Of a DNA stretch of 64,000 nt, positions 21,897 to 30,510 are shown in pieces. The stretch's first letter is position 1; every line of letters begins with the position of its first letter. This stretch comes from a virus (lineage: Duplodnaviria > Heunggongvirae > Uroviricota > Caudoviricetes). The notes beneath the pieces are model-generated. The model made no database searches. It was given only the letters and a program-made list of their open reading frames with translations, and was not told the origin of the DNA. A program made the translations under genes and the position numbers. Location of the stretch: positions 135,670 through 199,669 of IMG/VR virus record IMGVR_UViG_3300021963_000025; one strand, given 5' to 3'.

Positions 21897-22325
21897 ATGA
21901 CAGATGTTAAAGACAAGATAACACAGCTCGACGAATATTTAATCAAACAAAGAGAAGATTGGACCGGAAAAATAAAGGGTCTAACCGAAGAACTTAAGTT
22001 GGGTAATAATCTTGAAAGCGTAAGTGCTTACACGCTTAGTTATCGACAAATATTGGTTGAACACTTAGCAACCATGGGTAATCGAATCAAAACCCAAAAA
22101 TCAGTAGTAGATAGAAAATATAAAGATAAATGGATTGAGTACTATAGTTACGACTATAAACTCACCGATAAAATGCGTGAAAAATTCGTCGAAGCAGACA
22201 TTGCCGACGACACAAATATCCTTGAGTTATTAGTAACTCAGAAAAACTTTTTTGAGGGTTCAATTAAGACACTCGATAATATGGGCTTTGCAATAAAGAA
22301 TCGCCTCGATATTAGTCGTTTATAA
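21897..22325 (+). CDS. uvsY: Recombination mediator UvsY-like
   Basis: Helical 142 aa, YY...KFVEAD...IKTLDNMGFAIKN; adjacent to uvsW. Confidence 0.75.
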   Translation: MTDVKDKITQLDEYLIKQREDWTGKIKGLTEELKLGNNLESVSAYTLSYRQILVEHLATMGNRIKTQKSVVDRKYKDKWIEYYSYDYKLTDKMREKFVEADIADDTNILELLVTQKNFFEGSIKTLDNMGFAIKNRLDISRL

Positions 22326-22341
22326 AAAGATCACATGAGAT

Positions 22342-23850
22342 TTGATTTTAACATTAACGGACGATAATCAATTTTTAAGAATTGATGAAGCTTCCGAAAT
22401 TGAGTTAGAGCAGATTAGAATCTCTCTGACCAAAAGAATAGAAAGCTGGCGCTTTCACCCACTAGTTAAACGCGGAGTTTGGGATGGATACGTATCATAT
22501 ATTAAAGATGATAAATGGATTCCTGCCGGACTTTGGCGTCATGTTATGACAATATGCAAAGAATACCGATACGAACTTAAAATTGAGGGTATTAAAAGAC
22601 TTATTGACTCAAACATTAATGCAGAACAGTTTGAGGAATGGGCTCTAGAATTTTTTAAAGGTTCACATTTCACTCCTCGTGATTATCAAATAGAAACTGC
22701 ATATAACATTTTAAAATTTAGAAAGTGTCTAGCAGAGCTTGCAACTTCAGCAGGTAAGACACTTATTAGCTTCTTGACCGTTGCATACATGCTTGAAAAG
22801 GGACATGCTCAAAGAATTCTTTTTATTGTACCTAACGTTTCATTGGTAGTTCAAGCTCATGAAGATTTCCACGAATATAATGTTAGAAATAGAATTGACC
22901 TAAGAATTCAACAAATATTTGCGGGACAAGAGGTTAAAAAGAACAAAAACATAATTATTGGAACCTATCAATCATTGATTAAAAAGGATGCTGCCTATTT
23001 TGCAGAATTTGATGCAGTTATTGTCGATGAAACCCACAAAGCAAAAGGAGCTAGTATTAAGGAAATCCTAGGTAAATGTGTAAATGCAAAGTACAGATTT
23101 GGACTTTCAGGTACAATTCCAAAAGATGGTACACTTGACAAATTAACCCTGATGAGCCAGACTGGACCAGTTATTAGTGAAGTTAAGGCAAGTTTCTTAC
23201 AAGAGCAGGGACATATTGCTCAATGTGTTGTTAAGGTTATTGAAATGAACTATGCAACTCCAAAACAGCGAACAGCTTTTATGGAATTGGCCCAAAACCG
23301 ATATGAAAATAAAGATGTGTTCTCATTAGAACAAAACTTTGTAATCACTAGCGAGGCCCGACTTAATTTTATCTCAAACGTAATTGCAAGAGTACCCAGG
23401 AATTCATTAGTACTTTTCCATCGAATCGAACATGGACAAAGACTATATGAGAAGTTGAGACAAGAAAGTAACAAGAGGGTATTTTATGTCGATGGTGGAA
23501 CCGATTCAGATATTAGAGAGGAATATAAAAAGAAGATGGAGGCTGGAGATGAAATTGTAATTGTTGCAAGTTTCGGAACATTCTCAACTGGTATCTCTAT
23601 TAAAAAAATTCACAACATATTTTTTACAGAATCATTCAAATCAGAAGTGATTATTAGACAATCAATTGGACGTGGACTGAGACAACATGCCTCAAAAGAC
23701 AAGGTACTAATTGTTGATTTTGTAGACGATATTAGAACCTTAGAGTGGGATAATTACCTATACAAACATGGAAAGGTACGCCAATCTATTTATAAGCAAG
23801 AGAAATTCGAATACACTATAAAGAAAGTGGATTTTGATGGAGATATATAA
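22342..23850 (+). CDS. uvsW: SF2 DNA helicase UvsW
   Basis: PRDYQ, ATSAGKT, VDETH, GLSGT, FSTGISIK, QSIGRGLR. Confidence 0.92.
   Translation: MILTLTDDNQFLRIDEASEIELEQIRISLTKRIESWRFHPLVKRGVWDGYVSYIKDDKWIPAGLWRHVMTICKEYRYELKIEGIKRLIDSNINAEQFEEWALEFFKGSHFTPRDYQIETAYNILKFRKCLAELATSAGKTLISFLTVAYMLEKGHAQRILFIVPNVSLVVQAHEDFHEYNVRNRIDLRIQQIFAGQEVKKNKNIIIGTYQSLIKKDAAYFAEFDAVIVDETHKAKGASIKEILGKCVNAKYRFGLSGTIPKDGTLDKLTLMSQTGPVISEVKASFLQEQGHIAQCVVKVIEMNYATPKQRTAFMELAQNRYENKDVFSLEQNFVITSEARLNFISNVIARVPRNSLVLFHRIEHGQRLYEKLRQESNKRVFYVDGGTDSDIREEYKKKMEAGDEIVIVASFGTFSTGISIKKIHNIFFTESFKSEVIIRQSIGRGLRQHASKDKVLIVDFVDDIRTLEWDNYLYKHGKVRQSIYKQEKFEYTIKKVDFDGDI
23842..23849 (+). promoter_or_regulatory. Putative late promoter GATATATA overlapping the uvsW stop
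   Basis: Exact octamer upstream of the 825-aa head protein. Confidence 0.6.
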
Positions 23851-23883
23851 AACATAATAACGTAATAAAAAAACATATTTAAA

Positions 23884-26361
23884 ATGGCACAGGTTAACAA
23901 AATCTCTTCATTTAAAAGTTTTACTGAAGTTAAGAATCAGGAAGCTTCTATGAAACTAAGAGAAGAAAACAATGCAAAAAGACAGGAAACTGTTGGTAAA
24001 ATTGGAGCAATCCTTGACGAAATGGGATTAACTTCTCTATCTGAATTAGACGAAGAGAAAAAACAAGCCCTAATCAACAAAATGTTTGGAAGCGTTTCAG
24101 AAGACGAAGCAGAAGAAATTGAAGACGAACTTAATAAATTAGGAGAACCTAAAAAATTAGAAGAGGGAAATGCATTTATTTTTGCGGCTAGTAAAGCAAA
24201 ACAAGATGGAAAAACCGAATTCGAATTTAATGGTAAAAAATATAAAGTAACCATTAAGAAAGATACAGGTCTTAAAGAAGGTAATGCTTTCGGAGATGCT
24301 GTTAAAAAAGCAAAAGAGGCTGGAGAGAAAGAATTTGAATTTGAAGGAGAAACTTACAAAGTTGAAGAGTCTATCGATGAGGCCAAAAGAACTAAATTCA
24401 CTGGTAAAACAGCGCACGATTTATATACTCAAATTGGTGGAAAACCAGTAGAGGTATTTGTTAAAAACGACTGGTACTCAGTTAACCCTTCGGAATTAAA
24501 AGACGACAAAGGTGATTATTTCACTGGATATACAAAAGACGGAAGTGATTACGAATTTTACCTAAAAGATATTGATTTTATCCAAGAATCTTTAAATGAA
24601 GGTCGTGTTAAAGCAGCTACCCTACTACAAGAATTAGTTGATGGAAATACTTCTAGAGCAGAAGGTATTAAAATGTCAAAGGGTTTAGCTGAACATTATT
24701 TATATTGGTTAAGAACTTCACCTTACGGTAAGAAAAATGCTGACTTACCTCTTTACATGTTAATTAAAGCAAGTTTTGTTTGGGGAATTGAAAGACAATT
24801 AGACCCTAAATTAAAAGTAGAACTTGAGGCCTTAAAGGGTAGCATTAAAGAATCAGTAGAATCTATTGATGAAGCTCGTTCAATTAATAAAATCCAATAC
24901 GACTGGTCTAAACTAACAACTACGATGGCTGCAACTGCACAAAATTGGAAAGCTGCCGAAGGATCCGCTAAAGAAATGTTACTTGGAAAATTAAAAGAGA
25001 TGACTGCTCAAAAGAAAGCTCTAGAAGCTGAATTGGATGCTGCTATTGCTGACAAAGACAAAGACATCGAATTGGTAGTTTCTGAAGCATTCTTTAGATT
25101 ACCAAAAGATGTTATTGGAAACGAATTATACTTAGCAACTCAAAATTTATCTAACCTATACGGTAGAACTTCAGCTGGAAATGATATTGACACTGGAGTT
25201 ATTGATACAATTATTAAAGCCCTAACAACTGTTAAAAAATCTGTTAAGAAATTTAATAACAAAGAAGAGGTTGTAGGAACTGTTTATGAAGGAGAAGTTA
25301 ATGAAGCCGATATGACCAAGTTTTACGATGGTTTTATTGTACTAGATTCAAAGGCAAAAAAGACATATAAGTTCAAGTACGTTAAAGGAACTAGTAATGT
25401 TAATGTTGAAAATGCGGCTATTGACAAATTAGTAAAAGCAACTGGAGAATCAAGAGCAAATTTCATGGTTCATGGTTTTGTTAAAAAAGGTGAATGGAAC
25501 TCAGATAAAACTGAAGTATTTGAATCTCAAGTTAATGAAGCTGAAAAATTTAAAAGTACTAAAGACTTTGAAGAGTTCTTAGAGGAAATCGATGGCATGC
25601 CAGAGGTTAGAATAAAAAGAATCATGGGTAAAGATTACATCGATACTCCAGGAGGTTTCAGAGATGAAGCAGATGATTACGATAATGACATAGTAGAGTA
25701 TACTCTTTCTAACATGGGTCGTAAAGATTTTGAAGCACTTAAAGCATGGTGGGAAAACAATGTTCAAGAATCTTTAAATGAAGGTGAAGTAAAATCTGAT
25801 GATGAATTTAAAGAATATGCAATGGCTGTTTTGAAAAAAGCATTTGGAGATGACTTTGATGAGGCAAAAGCTGGAGAAGTAGTTGATGGAATTCTTAAAA
25901 AATGCGGTGATGATTACGGAGCTGCAGTTGGAATGTTAACAAGTTCATTAGGAGAATCAGTAGTTACTGAAAGAGAAGAAACACAAATAGGTACTCATAG
26001 ATACCAAGGAAAATCATATCCTTTATATACAGATGACGAACACAATCATTATATCAAAGTAAATGGTAGAATAATTGAAGTTGATGAATCAGTAGTTACT
26101 GAAGGTTTTGATGCAAACTACTGGGAAGACTATCATGATAGTGGAGAATCTGGAAAAACAAAAAACCCAACTGGTATGCAAGTACAACAACAAGTATCAG
26201 GTTGTGTAGAAGATTGGAATGATAACAATGAAGTTGGACCTGAAAATGAAGTTACATCATCTGGAGAAAAGAAAGTCTTAAAACTTGCAAAAGAATTCGT
26301 TAAAGCAAAAGGATGGATTTCATCTGATGTTATAGATGCTATGATAGCCCAAGAATCTTAA
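23884..26361 (+). CDS. Modular internal head (poly)protein with repeated ES(L/V/I)xE protease-site linkers
   Basis: N-terminal ISSFKSFTE tag; linkers ESIDEA, ESLNEG, EVNEA, ESVVTE; tandem EGNAF...EFEF.G..YKV repeat. Confidence 0.6.
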   Translation: MAQVNKISSFKSFTEVKNQEASMKLREENNAKRQETVGKIGAILDEMGLTSLSELDEEKKQALINKMFGSVSEDEAEEIEDELNKLGEPKKLEEGNAFIFAASKAKQDGKTEFEFNGKKYKVTIKKDTGLKEGNAFGDAVKKAKEAGEKEFEFEGETYKVEESIDEAKRTKFTGKTAHDLYTQIGGKPVEVFVKNDWYSVNPSELKDDKGDYFTGYTKDGSDYEFYLKDIDFIQESLNEGRVKAATLLQELVDGNTSRAEGIKMSKGLAEHYLYWLRTSPYGKKNADLPLYMLIKASFVWGIERQLDPKLKVELEALKGSIKESVESIDEARSINKIQYDWSKLTTTMAATAQNWKAAEGSAKEMLLGKLKEMTAQKKALEAELDAAIADKDKDIELVVSEAFFRLPKDVIGNELYLATQNLSNLYGRTSAGNDIDTGVIDTIIKALTTVKKSVKKFNNKEEVVGTVYEGEVNEADMTKFYDGFIVLDSKAKKTYKFKYVKGTSNVNVENAAIDKLVKATGESRANFMVHGFVKKGEWNSDKTEVFESQVNEAEKFKSTKDFEEFLEEIDGMPEVRIKRIMGKDYIDTPGGFRDEADDYDNDIVEYTLSNMGRKDFEALKAWWENNVQESLNEGEVKSDDEFKEYAMAVLKKAFGDDFDEAKAGEVVDGILKKCGDDYGAAVGMLTSSLGESVVTEREETQIGTHRYQGKSYPLYTDDEHNHYIKVNGRIIEVDESVVTEGFDANYWEDYHDSGESGKTKNPTGMQVQQQVSGCVEDWNDNNEVGPENEVTSSGEKKVLKLAKEFVKAKGWISSDVIDAMIAQES
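24583..25785 (+). repeat. Exact 21-bp direct repeat CAAGAATCTTTAAATGAAGGT (24583-24603, 25765-25785)
   Basis: Read directly; encodes QESLNEG. Confidence 0.85.
25954..26103 (+). repeat. Exact 18-bp direct repeat GAATCAGTAGTTACTGAA (25954-25971, 26086-26103)
   Basis: Read directly; encodes ESVVTE and flanks a ~38-aa module. Confidence 0.85.
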
Positions 26362-26378
26362 AAATAATCTAAATAAAT

Positions 26379-26422
26379 AATACCTGATGTTTTACCATGT
26401 CAGGTATTTTTATTATATTTAC
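26379..26422 (+). terminator. Hairpin/T-run followed by TATTATATTTAC motif
   Basis: AATACCTGAT/GTCAGGTATT inverted repeat, then T-run; similar arrangement at 37118-37188. Confidence 0.5.
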
Positions 26423-26437
26423 AAAAAACAAATTATT

Positions 26438-26986
26438 ATGAAACACATACAATTATTCGAACAATTTATTAACGAAGGAAAAAATGACTACGTTAAATAT
26501 GTAAAAGACGCATCTAAAAAAATATTTGCACGCGGTGGTAATGGTCAAAATGTACTTGATTACTTAACAGACTTAGGAAAATATATTGATAGTACAATTG
26601 ACCCAAAGGCAGACCAATGGTATGGCCCACAAACACCATCACTATTCCAAGAATTGGTTAATAATATGGGACTCGACGATATTGAACATAATAACATATC
26701 AGGTAATAAAAGCAGTAAAAAACCAGAAGCATTTAGAGGTGCAAGTGATTTAATTGCCGTTACAAATGATGCAATTAAACGTGCTAAAACTAATGGAGGA
26801 AATGACGCTGGATGGGGTAAAGCCGCATTAGAACTTGCTGGACACCTTCAAGCTTATAAAGTAGGTGCTGGTAATGCTGGTCCTGGAGAAGACGGATTTT
26901 ATACTGCTCCAACCTTAAGTACATTTACAAGATTAGTTGATGATATTGCGATGGAAAATATCAAAAAGAATAGAGTAGCAAAATAA
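26438..26986 (+). CDS. CTS-tagged internal head protein
   Basis: Likely start MKHIQLFEQFINE at 26438 rather than 26387. Confidence 0.65.
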   Translation: MKHIQLFEQFINEGKNDYVKYVKDASKKIFARGGNGQNVLDYLTDLGKYIDSTIDPKADQWYGPQTPSLFQELVNNMGLDDIEHNNISGNKSSKKPEAFRGASDLIAVTNDAIKRAKTNGGNDAGWGKAALELAGHLQAYKVGAGNAGPGEDGFYTAPTLSTFTRLVDDIAMENIKKNRVAK

Positions 26987-26991
26987 TCGAT

Positions 26992-28281
26992 ATGAAAACA
27001 AAAATCCTTAATTTTAATCAATTCATAACTGAAAGGTATGAAGTTAAATTGAATGAGCAATTATTATTAGAAGGTGGAGCCGCTGGACATATGTCGCATC
27101 CATTCGATAATAATGACCTAACATTTGGAGACTTCAAGAATATGATTATTGGTGGACTTCAAGGTGAATTAAACTTCGAAGAGGAACCTACTGAAAAAAC
27201 AGACGGTCAAAATGTATTTGCAACAATTCAAAATGGCGAGGTTAAATTTGCCAGAAATAAAACTGAGTTGCAAAACCCTATGAGTCTTAAGGATTTCCAA
27301 AATAAATTTGAGGGACATGCTAGCAAACTGGTACAAGATACCTTTCAATTTGCAGCCGCTGATTTAGCAACCCTGCTTATAAAGTTACCGGCTAAAACGC
27401 AAGAGGAAGTGTTCCAGAATGGGCTGAACTTCATGAACATGGAGTTGATATATTCTGCTAACCCTAATGTTATTCACTATGATGTTGATGTAATTCAATT
27501 TCATGGTATCAAGAAAACTGATGGTGCTGGAAATATAGTTGGAGATGACAATAGTGCGGCAAAAAGTGTTGCGGGAGTTCTTAAATCTCTAAATGCTGAT
27601 GTCGGAAAAACATTTACAATAATTCCCCCACAAGTTATTAAACTACAAAAAGATATAAACTTCGAAGAGAATCAAGCTAAATTCTTAGGAAAACTTGAAG
27701 TTCTTAGAAAGAGATATAATTTAACCGATGCTGATGCAGTTGCCCGTTACCATGAAATGTGGTGGAGAGAGCAAATTGAAGCCGCATTTGGTGACCTACC
27801 GCAAAACATCAAAGAGGGTCTATTACTTCGTTGGGCTTATGACGACAAGAAAACCTTAAATATGCGTTCATTGGACAAAGAATTAACTCCAGCTCAAGCT
27901 GAAGCAGTTAAGAAATTTGACAAAGAGGACGTTAAAAAGAAATTCAAGGAAAACATTCGACCATTTGAAGACCTTTTCTTAGAATTAGGAAGTGTTATCT
28001 TAAAGAACGCAAGTAATTTTGTTGCTGCTTCACCAGACAAAGAAATGCAAAGGCTACATAATGAAATCAGAACTGAAGCTGACAAGATTAAACTTAATGG
28101 AGACCTTACTCAAATCGACAAAGTTGCAAAAGAACTTGACCGATTAGAGAGAATTGGAGGAATCCAGTCTATTATACCGACTGAAGGTATTGTATTTTCA
28201 TACAAAGGACACATGTACAAATTAACAGGAACATTCGCTGCTATTAATCAGTTGATGGGAATTATAAAATACGGAAGATAA
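26992..28281 (+). CDS. ATP-dependent ligase/capping-type nucleotidyltransferase-fold protein, CTS-tagged
   Basis: Motif I TEKTDGQN, motif IV TEGIVF, motif V YKL; N-terminal LNFNQFITE then LLEGGAAGHMSHPFD. Confidence 0.65.
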   Translation: MKTKILNFNQFITERYEVKLNEQLLLEGGAAGHMSHPFDNNDLTFGDFKNMIIGGLQGELNFEEEPTEKTDGQNVFATIQNGEVKFARNKTELQNPMSLKDFQNKFEGHASKLVQDTFQFAAADLATLLIKLPAKTQEEVFQNGLNFMNMELIYSANPNVIHYDVDVIQFHGIKKTDGAGNIVGDDNSAAKSVAGVLKSLNADVGKTFTIIPPQVIKLQKDINFEENQAKFLGKLEVLRKRYNLTDADAVARYHEMWWREQIEAAFGDLPQNIKEGLLLRWAYDDKKTLNMRSLDKELTPAQAEAVKKFDKEDVKKKFKENIRPFEDLFLELGSVILKNASNFVAASPDKEMQRLHNEIRTEADKIKLNGDLTQIDKVAKELDRLERIGGIQSIIPTEGIVFSYKGHMYKLTGTFAAINQLMGIIKYGR

Positions 28282-28282
28282 A

Positions 28283-28603
28283 ATGAAACACATTAAACTA
28301 TTTGAAGAGCATATAAACGAGGCTAATGATAAACCATCATTAGATTCTTCGACAGGATTAATTTACTATTTTGATATACCTTTCACAACAGAGGATATTG
28401 AAGAGATTTTAGCATCTAGCAAATCTATATTAAATGCAAAATTTACTCCAAATAAACAATTTGATATTCAACCAATGGTTTTTATTAAAGATAAAGTTAA
28501 TGGTGGAGAACACACTTTTAGTGTTGCACAAATTGGAATATTAGGAGCATTTTACGATAAGAATAAAAACAACACCGCATCCCGAAAAGATTTTACTAAT
28601 TAA
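28283..28603 (+). CDS. CTS-tagged small protein
   Basis: MKHIKLFEEHINE. Confidence 0.65.
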   Translation: MKHIKLFEEHINEANDKPSLDSSTGLIYYFDIPFTTEDIEEILASSKSILNAKFTPNKQFDIQPMVFIKDKVNGGEHTFSVAQIGILGAFYDKNKNNTASRKDFTN

Positions 28604-28614
28604 AAAACAAAGAG

Positions 28615-30486
28615 ATGGCATTACAAAAATTAAGAGAGTATTTTAACGAAACCAATAGAGAAACCTTTATTGATATGTTAAAAAATAGAGTGTTAGTAAC
28701 TGAGAAGGTTGCAGCACCTACATTTCTTGTTAAAAGAAATCTTGATGGGTTTGAATATTTTAAATCTTCAAATTCAGACAAATTAAATCTAGTTGACCGA
28801 ACTATTATCTCTCTATATGAGATTGCAATCAATTACATGCAAAGTTTGCCAAATTCGGTTAAAGGTCAAATGCCAATTGATTGGAGATTTGGTTTTGAAT
28901 ACCTTCCAGAAGTTAAAGTATCTAAGATTAAATACGGAAAGACACCAAAAAACAATTTAATATTAACTCATATTCAACAAGTTGGAGAGGGTAATAAAGT
29001 TAAGAAAACCATTAATGACCCAGTTATCTTAAATAAATGGGCAAAAATTCTTGATGTTCAACAACCAAGCGTATTATTTGATGGCTATTTATCTCAATTA
29101 CAAAGAGATGAACTTCTTGAATTATTGGCAATGGGCGATAGACAATTTAGTGAATCATTCGACTATTTACCAGAAACTAAAGACAAAACAAGTTTCACCG
29201 CTAAAATAGTTAAACTTTTTAATCCAAATGCATTCGAAACTACACTAAACGCAGATATTGAAGAGGAATTTGATGGATTGGTAGTTAATTTTATCGATGG
29301 AAACTCAATAAAATCTTTTAAATTAGAGGATTTTATCAGAAAAAATGGAATTGATACATCTTCAAGCCACATGTACCAAATTGCAGTGACTGACTTTTTA
29401 GAATTTATAACTCAATTTAATATCGATGATATACAACTTGAAGACGAGAGAGCTGACTATCGATACCTTGAAATAATGTCGATTATATTTAATGAATATG
29501 TAGACAAACACTCTTCAAAATATATTGGAGTTAATTTTGAAAGCGCTGAATTTTCATCAGCAGATTCTTTTAAATTAAATCTAAAATATATTACCGATGA
29601 AAAAACCCTGAAATATGTTTCTAACGATATTTTAGCGGAACTTTATAAAATGATTTTAGGTTCTTTTAGAAAGAAAAGAACTAAGACATCAGACTTAATA
29701 GATGAGGACACTATGAAACGTATGAATGAAATAATCGAAAAAATCAACGAAAAAATATTTGTTGAAAACACCGATGAAAATGCAATTTATGACTATCAAA
29801 ATTTCATGTTGCGCGATAAAATCAAGTCTTCAGTTAACTTAAATGAGGCACTTAAACTTACTCATGTTGAACAAGGAAAACAACCAGTAAATATGTTTGT
29901 TGGAAGATTCCAGCCATTTACATTAGGACACGCCAAAGTTTTAGAGACTATTCACAAAGAGAATGGTTATCCAGTTGTTGTATTCTTAGTTAAAGCAAAA
30001 ACCAAAAAGAAAGGTGATGAATTTAGCAGACCATACGACGAGAAGACTCAAATCAACATGTTCAATCATGTTAAAAAGCAATACCCATTCTTAAAAGAAA
30101 TATTTGTAATTCCAACTGGAGGTATCGACATTATGTTTAATGAAATGAGACCTAAATATGAACCAGTACTTTGGGGAACGGGAAGCGACAGAATGACAAG
30201 TTATGGTTATCAAGTTAATAATGATGCTTATAGAGACCAATTGAACTGTAGAGCTGATTTTGGACTTTTTGAAATTCCAAGAACTGACGATGATATTTCG
30301 GCCACTGCAGTTAGAAATGCTCTATTAGATGGTAATGAAAAACAATTCCAGAATTTAACACCAAAGGCAGTTCATGGAATGTATAATGAACTAAAATCTA
30401 AAATTGAAGACTCTATGGGAGTAGTTGCTGAAAATGTTTCTACTGAAATTATGACATTCGAACAATTTATTAACAAAGATATATAA
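28615..30486 (+). CDS. Fusion of a degenerate ligase-like N-domain and an HxGH cytidylyl/adenylyltransferase domain
   Basis: TEKVAAP...FDGLVV...FKL; LNEA linker; GRFQPFTLGHAKV, WGTGSDR, ISATAVRNAL; C-terminal IMTFEQFINK tag. Confidence 0.7.
   Translation: MALQKLREYFNETNRETFIDMLKNRVLVTEKVAAPTFLVKRNLDGFEYFKSSNSDKLNLVDRTIISLYEIAINYMQSLPNSVKGQMPIDWRFGFEYLPEVKVSKIKYGKTPKNNLILTHIQQVGEGNKVKKTINDPVILNKWAKILDVQQPSVLFDGYLSQLQRDELLELLAMGDRQFSESFDYLPETKDKTSFTAKIVKLFNPNAFETTLNADIEEEFDGLVVNFIDGNSIKSFKLEDFIRKNGIDTSSSHMYQIAVTDFLEFITQFNIDDIQLEDERADYRYLEIMSIIFNEYVDKHSSKYIGVNFESAEFSSADSFKLNLKYITDEKTLKYVSNDILAELYKMILGSFRKKRTKTSDLIDEDTMKRMNEIIEKINEKIFVENTDENAIYDYQNFMLRDKIKSSVNLNEALKLTHVEQGKQPVNMFVGRFQPFTLGHAKVLETIHKENGYPVVVFLVKAKTKKKGDEFSRPYDEKTQINMFNHVKKQYPFLKEIFVIPTGGIDIMFNEMRPKYEPVLWGTGSDRMTSYGYQVNNDAYRDQLNCRADFGLFEIPRTDDDISATAVRNALLDGNEKQFQNLTPKAVHGMYNELKSKIEDSMGVVAENVSTEIMTFEQFINKDI
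30478..30485 (+). promoter_or_regulatory. Putative late promoter GATATATA
   Basis: Exact octamer overlapping the upstream stop codon. Confidence 0.6.
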
Positions 30487-30510
30487 AACTAAATAAAATA
30501 GAAAAATATT

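Noticed and set aside
23884-26361. CRISPR array or DGR from the direct repeats
   Set aside because: Repeats are in-frame, occur only in pairs with irregular spacing; no cas or reverse transcriptase gene, and no adenine-specific variation.
26387-26437. Upstream start for the 199-aa ORF
   Set aside because: This stretch is a hairpin/promoter region; the tagged ATG at 26438 fits better.
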